NCBI GenBank assembly: GCA_043228905.1
Contig: JBHGNT010000015.1
Location: forward strand, 6,820,001-6,884,000
Length of the DNA stretch: 64,000 bases
Origin: Azolla caroliniana
Taxonomy: Eukaryota > Plantae > Polypodiophyta
Direction: 5' to 3'
Made by a program: the position numbers and the translations under genes. Numbering within the stretch: the stretch's first letter is position 1; each line of letters opens with the position of its first letter. The notes beneath the pieces were generated by a model. The model did no database searches. It was not told the origin of the DNA and saw nothing but the letters and a program-made list of their open reading frames with translations. Positions 38,901 through 49,491 of this stretch are shown here, piece after piece.

Positions 38901-41900
38901 ACTCATGCACTAATAAAAGGCACGATGGCCCTTTATTCCCAACATCCATTACAAGGTTTGGATTTAAATGTGTACTTGCAGAAAACTTACTTTGTAGGAA
39001 AAAGGATTCCAAGATGTATGGAAACAGAAAGAAACAAAGAAACAAAGATATATTAACGTTTTTTAAGAGGCCAGAATGGCCTATAAGACCAAACAAGAGA
39101 TTACATCTTACGTGTCGTCTCATCTTTGAGAACAACAAATCAAAACAAAATAAATGTTACTAAGTAAACATAAAAGAAAATAAGATAAAAGAGACTAAAG
39201 AGTCTTAGTATCTCCATCTTAGTTCATAAAAGACACTACAGTGACAGATATAGTGATCTTCGGATTCCACTCCTTGCTGACACAATTGGCAAATTCTTTC
39301 TTGTAGAGGTATTCGTGCATATCTGCCTATCGCAATCTCTGACTAATGTGATGAAGTTCACAGCGCCCTATAACACAGCACAGCGCATAGGATAGATGTA
39401 TATCCATATAATGTGGCCTGATGATGAATCCATCCTCCGATGTGTGTAAAAAGTGTTTTGTAGTGGGCCATCTTCGTACCGAGTGATATTTTGGGGCTGC
39501 TCCATGTTATCTTGCTTTCAATATCAGTTTAGATGGGGACAGTCCAAGTTATATCGGAACGGGGGAAGTGCATTTATCCTTATGCCATGTGACTCGAACC
39601 ATTACTGCATTTCAGCAAACCCAACAATGAGTTCAACCAGTTGTCTTGATGAAATAAGTGCTAACCTTGAGTACCTTCCTTTAGGGATCCCAAAGGCGTT
39701 CGATACAGGTCACTTATGAAAACAGTGCCTCAGTGATTATAGGGGCTGCTCCCATCTCTGCCCGATTTATATCATGGGGCACCTATGCTTTGCTCTTTAT
39801 GACGTGCACAATCATTGACACGAAAGGTCTCTCTAAATCTTTCTAGTAATTCTTCTTAAGACTCTATGATACTTTATCGATATAGAGACTGAAGCAAGTG
39901 GGTGATAGTGTGCATCCTTGTTTCACTCTGATTGTGCTAGCCACCGCCTCTGACAAACCCTTGGAAGACCTCACTTTTCTTGACATGGATTCATATAGTG
40001 CATAGACTCCCCATTGCATATTTGTAGGGACACCAAGGGCTTCTAGCCATTGCATAACCGGAGCATAGGGCACATTGTCAAAGGTTTTTCGGAAATCCGC
40101 AAAGCAGCAATAAATCCTCTTTATATGGGTTCTGCCCTCTTCGATAAGGGCTCAGAGGGTCAATATGTGATCCAAAGTTGTGAATACCTGCCGAAAGCTT
40201 GCTTGTCTCGCTCAAAGACATCAATTTCACTCTGCCCATATACTCGATTATGACTCTAGAATCATGTGTTAGGTGTAAAGGCCCATAGTTCACAAATTAG
40301 GTAATTATTCGTATATATGAACACATTGTTCACCTGGACAGGACACCTCCTTTTGTAATGTGAACACACCTCTTTCTTTGTAGGGTTAACTAATATAATA
40401 ACCTTTTTTTCTTGTGTACCAATCAAGGCTGTTGGGTACACCCAAAAATCTGTGTCTCTACTTTCATCTCTACTCCAGTCTTGTTTACTGAACGTCATCA
40501 ATCAATAGTTGCTCCCTCAAACATCCCTCTTTACCTTTAACTGGTATCAGAGCCAATTCTCTTTCCTCTGCTTTGCTGTTTTTTTTTTAGATTCAGAATC
40601 AGCAAAAAACACAGTTTAAATAAAATAAAATAAAATCTGTCAAACCCTTTCCTATTGGTATTCTGCTGAATTTTCTGAAGGCATCTGTCATAAATCTTGG
40701 TAGCAATGGCCTCCACTTCAACTGAAATGAAAAACCTCTTTGAAATCAAGAGATTTGATGGAAAAGGTTTCGAATTATGGAAAGAGCGTATGCTGGGCAT
40801 CCTCTTTCTGAGAGATTGTGAAGATGCTCTCGTGGAAAAGTAACCAGAGAGCATGGAAAATGATGCTTGGAACACTCTGAATAAGAAAGCCATTACATAT
40901 ATTAAAATGGCTGTTTCTGATGAAATTCTTGTAGATATAAAGGGCTTGATTACTGCCCATAAAGTTTGGGAGAAACTTAAGACAACTTACGAGAATACTA
41001 CGCCTATGAATCAGGTGCATTTGATGAGAAAACTTGCCAGTATGAGGCTTGATGAGTCAAAAGGTGCAACAGAGCATCTATCGTTATTCACATGTACTCT
41101 CTCCCAACTACAAGACTCAGGATTACCAGCTTTTGATGACAAGCTCAAAGCTATCTTCCTACTTATGACTTTACCCGATTCGTGGGAAACATTAGTTGTT
41201 TCACTATCTAATAGCCCCACCTTGACCTTCGATGGTGTGCGGGGCTCTATTCTCAGTGAAGAGATTAGAAGACAATCTAGTGGAGAAGGTAGTGGTTCAG
41301 CATACAATATTAGGGGGAGATATGATAAGAGCAACCCAAATGTAGGACAAAGAAATAGAAGTAAGAGTAGAGGGAAAGGAAAGCAACAAGATATCACATG
41401 CTATCAGTGTGGCCGTAAAGGTCATAAGAAACCTGATTGTAGATATTGGAAGATGGAACTAGAAAGGAAGAAGAATGTAGGAGAGAAGAAAAATAAAGAT
41501 GATAAATTTAATAAAACAAAGAAAGCTAACATGGCTTCAAATGTTATCATCAAAGACCTATCTGGTGAAGATGGTGATGTACTTTGTATTATAGGTGATG
41601 CCTTCATAGCTCATGTTCAAGACATACAAATCACCAAAACAGATGTTATTGATGCTTTATTGTCAATTGATGATGGATTGACACAGACATGGATAGTAGA
41701 CTTTGGGGCTTCTTTTCATGTTACTCCATGTTTGGAGTGCTTTACCACATTTGACGCAGGCAATTATGGAAAAGTTTATCTTGGTAACAATAGTGCTTGC
41801 AATATTGATGGTATTGGAACCATACACTTGTCTTTGGATAATGGTCAAGAGCTCGTGCTCAAAGATGTTAGGTATGTACCTCGCATTAAGAAAAGTTTGC

Positions 41901-44900
41901 TATCTGTAGAACAGATGGATTTGCATGGTTACACCACATTATTTGGTGGTGGATTGTGGAAACTAAAGAAAGGATCTATGGTTATTGTGAAAGGTTGCAA
42001 AAAGGGCACTTTGTACTGTTTGCAATGTAAAGCTTTACCTGGAAAGTGTCTTGCTATTGCTGAATTTGACTCTCGTTTAGAGCTTTGGCATAAGAGATTA
42101 GGACATATGAGCCAAAAAGGACTTGAAGTCCTTTCTGCTCTAAAAAGATTTGATGTTAAAGGATCAAAGCTGATTTTTTGTAATGATTGTCTATTTGGCA
42201 AACAAGCGAGAAATTCTTATTATTTTGGTGTCTCTCGTAAACCAAATGTGCTAGATTTGGTGCATTCTGATGTATGTAGCATGCCTGTAAAATCCTTGGG
42301 CGGTGCTGCATATTTTATTTCCTTTATCGATGATTATTCTAGGAAGATTTAGGTGTACTTGATGAAAAAGAAAGGTGATGCATTTAATGCATTTAAATCT
42401 TTTCATGCATTTGTGACTACCCAAAAAGGGACAAAACTGAAATGTCTCAGAACAGATAATGGGGGTGAGTTTACATCTGCAGAATTTAAGTCCTATTGTG
42501 ACTTACATGGTATTAAAAGAGAGCTTACAGCTCCATATAACCCTTCATCAAATGGTGTGGCACAAAGATATAATAGGACCTTGTGTGAGCGAGTACGGTG
42601 CATGCTGTCCACAGCTAATCTCCCTCGTGAATTTTGGGGAGAAGCATTAAAAACCGCGGTTCATATATGTAATCATTCTCCCAACAAGTCCTTAAAGAAT
42701 GGAATCCCTGAGGAGGTTTGGTCTAGCAAACCAGCCTCATATGACCATTTACGAATTTTCAGTTGTGATGCATTTGTACACATTAGAAGTGAGCTGAGAA
42801 ATAAGCTCGATGCTAAGTCCACCATGGGCATTTTTATGGGCTATGGTGATGAAGGTGAAATGGGCTATAGGATTTGGTTACCTCAGTCCAGAAAAATTGT
42901 ACGCAGCCGGGATGTTGTTTTTAATGAAGAAAAATTGCTGAAAAATGCTTGTTCCTCTGTTGGGAACTCTAAGAGCGTTACATTTCAGCAATTACAGCCA
43001 TCCACAAAATCTGAAAATAAACCTAATGATGCTATACCAAAGGTTGAATATGATGATCGACCGGTTATCTTTGAACCAAAAGAAGTTGGACAGCAAAGAG
43101 ATGCTCATGAAGGTATTGGTCAACGAGATGAAGGTACTGAAGAACAAAATATAGATGTTGAACAACATGTTGGACATGGTTTGCAACAGCCAGAAAGTGC
43201 TGAAACTGATTTTCCTCCAGATTTAGAACCAATCCCAGAAAATACTGATCATTGGGTACGCAGGTCTAATCATTCAAGGAGGCAGGTATATAGATATGAC
43301 CCCTCTTTGCATTATGTCATGCTATCAAATGAGGGTGAACCTCTTACTTATAAGGAGGCAATGTCATGTGAACTTAGCAGTAAGTGGGAGCTTGCAATGC
43401 AAGAAGAAATAAAATCTTTGTATGCAAATGATACATGGGATCTTGTGTCCTTACCTCAAGGAAGAAAAGCTCTTCCAAATAAGTGGGTCTATAAGGTAAA
43501 GGAAATTGAAGGTAAACCAAAATACAAGGCAAGATTAGTTGCCAAGGGTTATGCACAGAAGGAAGGTATTGACTTCCAAGAGGTCTTCTGTCCTGTTGTG
43601 AAGATGACCACACTTCGTGTGCTATTTGCTCTCACTGCAATGCTTAATTTGGAGTTGTACCAAATGGATGTAAAGACCACTTTTTTGCATGGTGATATTG
43701 ATGACGAGATCTACATGAAACAACCTGAGGGTTTTGTAGTCCCTAACAAGGAGCATTTGGTATGCAAACTAAAACGTAGCTTGTATGGCCTAAAACAAGC
43801 ACCACAACAGTGGTATAAGAAGTTTGATACTTTTATGCTTTCTCAAGGCTTTGATCGTAGCTATGCAGATCATTGTTTATACACGAAAAAGGATATTGAT
43901 GACAGTCCCATCATACTTGTTCTATATGTGGATGATATGTTGCTAGCTAGGAAAAGAAAGACTAGCCTTGATGCTCTAAAAGATCAATTGAAATCGGTCT
44001 TCTCTATGAAAGATTTGGGAAATGCAGAGCATATTTTGGGCATGAGAATTAGTAGAAACAAAAAGGACAATTTGTTGTATTTATCACAAGAAAAGTACAT
44101 TGAAAAAGTGCTTAACAGATTTAATATGGCAAAAGCAAAGTCTCTTGGAGTTCCTTTACCGCCATATCTTAAACTTAGCAAGGCTGATGGTCCAAAGGAT
44201 GTGATAGGAGACTTGCTGAAGATATTGGCATGTCTGTTAGTACTCCTGTGTTAGGATGTGATAGCCAGAGTGTTGTGTATCTGGCTAAGAATGCCATGTT
44301 TCATTCGCGCACTAAACACATTGATGTGCGACATCACTTTATCAGACAAGTTTTGGAGGATGGTCTAGTCACATTGACCAAGATCAAAACACAAGATAAT
44401 CCTACAGATATTCTCACCAAAAGTCTTGGCAAAGCTCAACATGAGCATTGCATACAGTTAGTGGGAGTTACTTGAATGCTCACATCGGACCTTTAAGTGG
44501 GAGGTTGTTAGGTGTAAAGGCCCGTAGTTCACAAATTAGGTAATTATTCGTATATGTGAACACATTGTTCACCTGGACAGGACACCTCCTTTTGTAATGT
44601 GAACACACCTCTTTCTTTGTAGGGTTAACTAATATAATAACCTTTTTTCTTGTGTACCAATCAAGGCGGTTGGGTACACCCAAAAATCTGTGTCTCTACT
44701 CTCATCTCTACTCCAGTCTTGTTTACTGAACGTCATCAATCAATAGCTACTCCCTCAAACATCCCTCTTTACCTTTATCATGCTATATAGTTTAGCCAAG
44801 TAATGGCCAATATTAACTGTTCTAGAGTTGCTTGGCATATGGGGTCTCCACTCTTGAGGATTGGCACAATGGTATGCTTTGTACATCTAGTAGGGAAACC

Positions 44901-47900
44901 TTCACATGTAGCTCTATTAAAGGTGTGTGGTACAAGGAGAGCATGATGTCATGGGCATAGATAAAGTGTTCACCAACTAATCCATCATGATCCTGGGCCT
45001 TCGCAAATTGTAAGCGATCAATAGCATTTCTTACATTTTGTGGAGTAAAAAATGGTGGATTAATGTGGGCATGTGGGTGGGGAAGAGGAGGTTGCCCAGG
45101 GATATCATATAGGAACTTTGCATACTCATACCACACCTGATGTGAATTTAACATCTCAGGAAGTCAAAATGGCCCTTAAGACCAAACAAGAGATGACATC
45201 TTAAGAACAACAAATCAAAATCAAATAAATGTTAGTAAGTGAACATAAAAGTAAATAAGATAAAATATGGCTAAGGAATCGCATTATCAATACATTTAGG
45301 ATTCTCAAGTCAAATAGATTGAAATTTGTATCTTTGAAAGATCTCTAGCATAGGTCGATCCAAAATGGAGAGATCTCCAAAGCAAGGGAAGTGCCTGCAA
45401 TGGCAAAAGATAATGGCCTTTATCTGTTGATGGTATGGGTTGGTGATGAGATTGTGGTCCATGGGGCCAAGGCCTATGTGCACCACAAATTGCTATTGTC
45501 CGATGTACTGTAACCCCTTTGTTATGTCCTGGTCAAGAGCCCATATGTGTCGCACTTGATTTACTTGTAGCATCAATAGGAGTGATGGGTCTAAACAAAC
45601 TTGTAATTGTTCTTTGTTGATGAGCTTGTGCAACTGTACAATTGTGCTTCAACAACTTCTCTTTGTATCTGTTGAGTCTATCAAGCATAGTACTAGACAC
45701 CATTGGTTCTTACATACATAGCATTCTTCGGATTCCACTCCTTGTTGTCGCAATTGGCAAATTCTTTCTTCTAGAGGTATTCGTGCATATCTGCCTACCT
45801 CAATCTCTAATTGATGTGATGAAGTTCGCAATTGCCCTATAACACTGCGCAGCACATAGGATAGATGTTTGTCCATATAAGGAGGCTTGATGATAAATCC
45901 ATACTCCGATGTGTAAAAAGTGTCTTGTAGTTGGCCATCTTCATATCAAGTGATATTTTGGGGCTGATCCATGTTATTTTGCTTTCCAAGTTAATGATAT
46001 CAGTTTGTATCACTCTATTCTTTTCCAGCTTTTCCTCAAACAAGAAGAATTTTAGTTCTAATCTTGTTATCCATGCTTGAGTGGTGTTAAACACCATTGC
46101 TATAGTTTTATCCATGTTTATCGACAAGCCTTTGTCCGTACAAAATGTTTTGAAGGCATTTAGATGTCTTTATCGTCCCTTGGGAGAGTCAAAAATCAGC
46201 ATAATATCAACAGCATATAGTAATATTTGTACCCACTAGGCATGCTCAAAAAAACCCCAAATCTCTGTGTACATTGGTGATATTTGTACATCGGGGAGTT
46301 TGCTAGCCATACATTGGTGGGTCTCTATGTACATAGCAATATTCATGATTTTGAAAGTATCTTTAAAATACCTAACATTTGTCTATAGAGAACCGTTCCA
46401 ATTCCATATAGTCATGTGTAAGGTCTCATAGGCCATGCATCGTCATGCGGTTCTCTTATCTCTAATAATGACCTTACCGTCTCTGTATACAACCCAATTT
46501 CCTTCCTTTCTTGCGTCAAGTACTTGTGGCATGTTTTCTTTGCGATGTGCCACTTGAGCTAGTGTGAGGCCGTCATCTAAGTATCTTTTATCACCCTTGA
46601 GTACCCTTCTTTTAGATATGAAAGCTTTTTTCTTTTCCATATCTATGAAGTGGATAAACAAGGCTTTAGCTCTAGACTCATCTTTTACCACCCTTCACGA
46701 TGAGACAAATAGAATATTTGATGCCCCAATCTTTGTTCTTAGATTCTTGGCATCTTCTTGTGCACTTCCTTTTTCAGCCCAAACATACACTCGTACATGC
46801 AATGCATGAGTTTTCCTTTTGGCTTCTTTTTCTAATGTAGCAGCATTCATCATTTCCATCCTATCCACTAATGTTCCTTTTTGCCATTTCATTACCTCTA
46901 TCCAAGGACCATTTGCTTTAATTTCTTTTTGAGCATGCATACCTTGAGTTTTGGCATCTTCGGCCATCTCTACCCATCTTCACATTTCCTTGGTTACATT
47001 GGGTTTAACTGTGGAGATGCATTTTTGCACTACTTATTGTCCTTTTTCTAAATTGACTTCTATAGCTAATAATTTAACCTTATTTGAGGATATTTCATTC
47101 TTAAGGTATTGCATCCAATCATCCTTGAGCTCTAAGTTTGATTTCTTGACATCGCTCTTGATGTCTTTTAGTATCTCTTCTAATAACTCTGAGAATGTGG
47201 AATAGCACCAGATGGTAGTGTGTTTGTTGAAGCCCTAATAAGGACTTAGCATAGGATTCTTGCATCCATACAAATCTTATGGCTTATAACTCCTATCTTG
47301 AAGAAAGTGATTCTCGATTCCTCAGTTAACCACAAACTTGATACTATTTTTCTTGTTCCATGCACCTTTATTGATGTCTCAACATACTCCAAAAATAAGT
47401 ACCAAAACCTATCTTCAAATGTAAAGTTTGAAATTAATCAGTTTTAAGTGTTACAAATATTGCTACCAGAACCTTTCAACTACGCAATCTGCTTTTTGCA
47501 TGATGAATGAAGGAAATGGAAAAATGTTGTTATACTCAAGCTTTGATACATACAACTTTCTCTGAATGAGAAGAAAGATCCACTGCTCCTCCAGCGGCGA
47601 ACGACCGAAAGGTTGATCTATGATATGATGACTGTAGGCCATTTTGCTTTACTGATCCTGAATTATCAATCAAACCATATTTTAAAAGGTGTTTTCAAAT
47701 TTCCTACATCTACACACTTGTGGTCTCTTCTCTTCATAGAAAATCAAGCTTTTCCCATGCCAGAGAAATTCTAGGAAAGCTTACTGCCATTCATAAGTAC
47801 AAACTATGAGGTCAAACAAAGGAAGCAAAATTTCATGTTTCAATTGCAGCTAGTATATTTTCAACCAGAAACTGCAAAATTAGAAACTTAATGACTATTT

Positions 47901-48963
47901 CCAGCTGGCAACGCCGATTTTACTTTCAGTTGGTTTAAGTAATACGAAATAAAGAGGATAAAGTACAACAAAATTATAGGTTTAGCATAAAAGTTCTGCC
48001 GGATTCTGGCCTCTTTACAAATTCCTATAATCTCTAACTGCAAAGGTTGATTTTCTTTTCCAGGAGAGATATAGAATACTACGAGATTTCTGAGATGATG
48101 AAATAATAAAGACGTTTCTTTGTAAATATTTCCAACTGAAGATTTCAAAAAAATTACATGAATAATTCCTCCAACAACTGGAGCTCTAATGAGAACTTGT
48201 ACAGTGTTTCAAAGTCACATCTAAACTGGACGGGACAATTCACGGAATTGAACTTGATTTCTAAAACTGAGTTCAAAAATCACAAGATCCATGGGTCAAT
48301 CAATACAATTTGCGAAGAATGCATTTGCATGGCATGTGTTTAACAAAGAATGCAATCAATGAATTGGTTGATAGTGGACACAGTTATTGCATTTCCAAGT
48401 TGACTTCAAGAATACATGTGACAAGGTGAGCTTCGAAACAAATACGCTGCATGGACCAGGTGATACAAGATACAAAGATTCTATATTTACATGAGTATTT
48501 CAAAGGTTCGGAAATGTACTTTGAGCTTCCAAAAGAATGAGATTCTTTGGATTGGTCCCATACTACTAGATGCAAAGGTTCGGAACGCAAGACATCCCAT
48601 GGATTATATGATACAAGATGCACAGATCGTATTTAGGAGATGCCTTGAGCTTCCAAAAAACATGAGATTCCATGGATTAAACCAAGACACCTAGATACAA
48701 AGATTATAATAATTTGCATGGAATGTATTCCAGGAAGAATGAGTTCGTAATGAAAAGAGGCTCAGAAAACCAGGAGAATGTAAGGAAAAAAATTTGACAC
48801 AAAGAAGAGAGAGAGAGAGAGAGAGAGAGATCAGATCGATTGGAATACCTGTGAACGTTGGAGGTGTCGTGAGGTTAATGTGAGGAACGCGAGAAGATGG
48901 TGAAGGAGCGGGAGGTGGAGCTGGAGCTGGAGCTCTGATGCGACGGAGAGAAGCACGGAACAT
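18844..48963 (-). CDS. ALDH6B2: Methylmalonate-semialdehyde dehydrogenase [acylating], mitochondrial (ALDH6B/MMSDH), 19 exons, 569 aa
   Basis: Manually spliced: join(48963-48849,47657-47554,34653-34579,34491-34330,34250-34172,26260-26106,26029-25966,25680-25601,25488-25423,21163-21113,21038-20887,20339-20249,20098-20018,19811-19734,19654-19619,19544-19501,19422-19344,19132-19042,18950-18844) = 1710 nt. All introns GT..AG with consistent phases. ALDH6 motifs: [40 protein letters not shown] (catalytic Cys), [23 protein letters not shown]. Confidence 0.95.
19042..19132 (-). CDS. ALDH6B2: ALDH6B exon 18
   Basis: [30 protein letters not shown](G). Confidence 0.95.
19344..19422 (-). CDS. ALDH6B2: ALDH6B exon 17
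   Basis: [26 protein letters not shown]. Confidence 0.93.
19501..19544 (-). CDS. ALDH6B2: ALDH6B exon 16
   Basis: [14 protein letters not shown](R). Confidence 0.9.
19619..19654 (-). CDS. ALDH6B2: ALDH6B exon 15
   Basis: [12 protein letters not shown]. Confidence 0.9.
19734..19811 (-). CDS. ALDH6B2: ALDH6B exon 14
   Basis: [26 protein letters not shown]. Confidence 0.93.
20018..20098 (-). CDS. ALDH6B2: ALDH6B exon 13
   Basis: [27 protein letters not shown]. Confidence 0.93.
20249..20339 (-). CDS. ALDH6B2: ALDH6B exon 12
   Basis: [30 protein letters not shown]. Confidence 0.93.
20887..21038 (-). CDS. ALDH6B2: ALDH6B exon 11 (catalytic Cys)
   Basis: [50 protein letters not shown](W). Confidence 0.95.
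21113..21163 (-). CDS. ALDH6B2: ALDH6B exon 10
   Basis: [17 protein letters not shown]. Confidence 0.93.
21541..22175. mobile_element. Solo LTR in ALDH6B intron 9
   Basis: Termini CGTTAGA..TCTAACA (TG mutated to CG), flanked by a perfect 5-bp TSD GCACT at 21536-21540 and 22176-22180. Confidence 0.8.
23680..24250 (-). mobile_element. RTE/RTEX-like LINE fragment in intron 9
   Basis: [31 protein letters not shown] and KVEKNRVI match ORF 28261-29508. Confidence 0.85.
25423..25488 (-). CDS. ALDH6B2: ALDH6B exon 9
   Basis: [22 protein letters not shown]. Confidence 0.95.
25601..25680 (-). CDS. ALDH6B2: ALDH6B exon 8
   Basis: (G)[26 protein letters not shown]. Confidence 0.95.
25966..26029 (-). 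CDS. ALDH6B2: ALDH6B exon 7
   Basis: [21 protein letters not shown](G). Confidence 0.95.
26106..26260 (-). CDS. ALDH6B2: ALDH6B exon 6
   Basis: (E)[51 protein letters not shown]. Confidence 0.95.
28217..29753 (+). mobile_element. RTE/RTEX-like LINE, 5'-truncated, with an open 415-aa ORF2 C-terminus and (TTTC)n tail
   Basis: [51 protein letters not shown]. The 3' UTR is shared with other copies, the tail is at ~29696-29753, and the element sits in a (CT)n tract. Confidence 0.9.
29843..29895 (+). ncRNA. Type I (minimal) hammerhead ribozyme
   Basis: GGTCTT-TA-GCA CTGATGA GCTC-ATATA-GAGC GAA ACATGT T TGC-CAT-AAGACC. Conserved core CUGAUGA/GAAA, 4-bp stem II, palindromic ACAUGU stem III, bulged stem I. 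Confidence 0.85.
29924..29978. repeat. (CT)n microsatellite
   Basis: Read directly from the sequence. Confidence 0.95.
30115..30628 (+). mobile_element. RTE/RTEX-like LINE 3' fragment
   Basis: Near-identical to 28999-29700 with an internal deletion. Confidence 0.9.
30725..31645 (-). pseudogene. Frameshifted coiled-coil ORF of unknown (probably TE) origin
   Basis: Three overlapping minus-strand ORFs (31304-31645, 30871-31374, 30725-30955) with E/K/N-rich heptads ([30 protein letters not shown]). Confidence 0.45.
31655..31986 (+). mobile_element. RTE/RTEX-like LINE fragment with internal deletion
   Basis: [29 protein letters not shown], as in ORF 28261-29508. Confidence 0.9.
32969..33172. 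repeat. Fold-back (inverted) pair of LINE 3' ends
   Basis: 32969-33058 is the reverse complement of 33073-33170; the (TTTC)n tails point outward. Confidence 0.85.
34172..34250 (-). CDS. ALDH6B2: ALDH6B exon 5
   Basis: [26 protein letters not shown](E). Confidence 0.95.
34330..34491 (-). CDS. ALDH6B2: ALDH6B exon 4
   Basis: [54 protein letters not shown]. Confidence 0.95.
34579..34653 (-). CDS. ALDH6B2: ALDH6B exon 3
   Basis: [25 protein letters not shown]; CAG|..|GTCAG. Confidence 0.92.
34805..34995. repeat. ~42-nt tandem repeat (about 5 copies)
   Basis: AAATAGGTAAGGACATAAATTA recurs at ~42-nt spacing. Confidence 0.8.
35110..39020 (-). mobile_element. Ty1/Copia, 3'-truncated, in intron 2 (same strand as host gene)
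   Basis: gag 37624-38391 (CHHCGKKGH), protease [10 protein letters not shown], integrase 35964-37064, RT 35247-35942 with an internal deletion. PBS complement GCTCTGATACTA at ~38706-38717, with the LTR distal to it; its outer boundary is uncertain. Confidence 0.9.
38420..38710. repeat. ~22-nt tandem repeat (about 13 copies) in the Copia leader
   Basis: Unit AAAACCCTAAACTCTGCTCTGC/TA. Confidence 0.9.
39022..45150 (-). mobile_element. RTE/RTEX-like LINE, decayed, interrupted by the Copia at 40267-44777
   Basis: [12 protein letters not shown] at 39864-40073. The reading AKLYSMILES is restored across the Copia TSD. Family 3' UTR at 39040-39180. Confidence 0.85.
40267..44777 (+). mobile_element. 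Ty1/Copia, near full length, with both LTRs and a TSD
   Basis: LTRs 40267-40539 and 44506-44777, PBS TGGTATCAGAGC at 40542, PPT AAGTGGGAGG, TSD TCATG. gag-PR-INT-RT has stops at ~40841 and 42350 and a deletion at the RT/RH junction (~44200). Confidence 0.96.
45165..47300 (-). mobile_element. RTE/RTEX-like LINE with ORF1 remnant (46443-47200) and deleted ORF2
   Basis: [16 protein letters not shown] and [12 protein letters not shown] on -. Upstream ORF1-like [35 protein letters not shown]. Confidence 0.75.
47554..47657 (-). CDS. ALDH6B2: ALDH6B exon 2
   Basis: TTCAG|(G)[34 protein letters not shown]|GTATGT. It bridges phase 1 to phase 0, and RSF-A resembles a mitochondrial processing site. 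Confidence 0.75.
48849..48963 (-). CDS. ALDH6B2: ALDH6B exon 1 (start codon, Arg/Ser-rich transit-peptide-like N-terminus)
   Basis: [38 protein letters not shown], donor ACAG|GTATTC, phase 1. Assigned by phase and composition, not by homology. Confidence 0.75.
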
Positions 48964-49491
48964 GGTGTGGTGGCGTACTGGCGGGGCAGGAAATGAGGAG
49001 GATCGGAGTATGTATGTATGTATGTATGTAGTTTGAAGAAGAAGAAGAAGAAGGCTACTGCCGCTCCTGCAGGCTACTGCATTTCCATTGGAACTCTCTT
49101 TCCCTAAGAGTTGGCTGTGGTTGTGCACTCTCTTTTTTTTCTCTTTTGTTTTTTGTTTGTCGTCCTTGTCGTCAAAGATTCCCTTGTTTTCTTGGGGGAA
49201 AAAAAACACCTTGAAAGTCGAGATGATGCTCCACGCTTTCCACTCATAAAGCATGTAAACGCTACGTTTCTATTTTGCTACCAGATAATAAAGAGGCCTA
49301 GTGTGGGAAATCACGGTCACCGACGGTGCAGAGCATGTTTCGAAAGGCGTGTGCGATCTCTATCCACGAAAGGCGTGCGCCTAAAACCCAACCTGGCTCT
49401 GATGAGCCTATCTCATGTTTAACCCGAGCAGTGGCATTTTGCAACCTGGGCATTGTAATTTCTAACCCGAGCACATCTTGCCATGACATTA

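Noticed and set aside
42350-42352. Programmed stop-codon readthrough in the Copia ORF
   Set aside because: The TAG sits at the conserved Trp of integrase (YSRKIW), so it is a G>A decay mutation
47780-48040. Alternative ALDH6B exon 2 candidates (acceptors near 47872 and 48038)
   Set aside because: Both hit an in-frame stop within a few codons in phase 1; only 47657-47554 fits
48691-49254. 187-aa ORF as a separate gene
   Set aside because: It is ALDH6B exon 1 read through low-complexity UTR and intron sequence
49399-49440. CTGATGAG as a second hammerhead core
   Set aside because: No stem II hairpin followed by GAAA, and no stem I/III pairing
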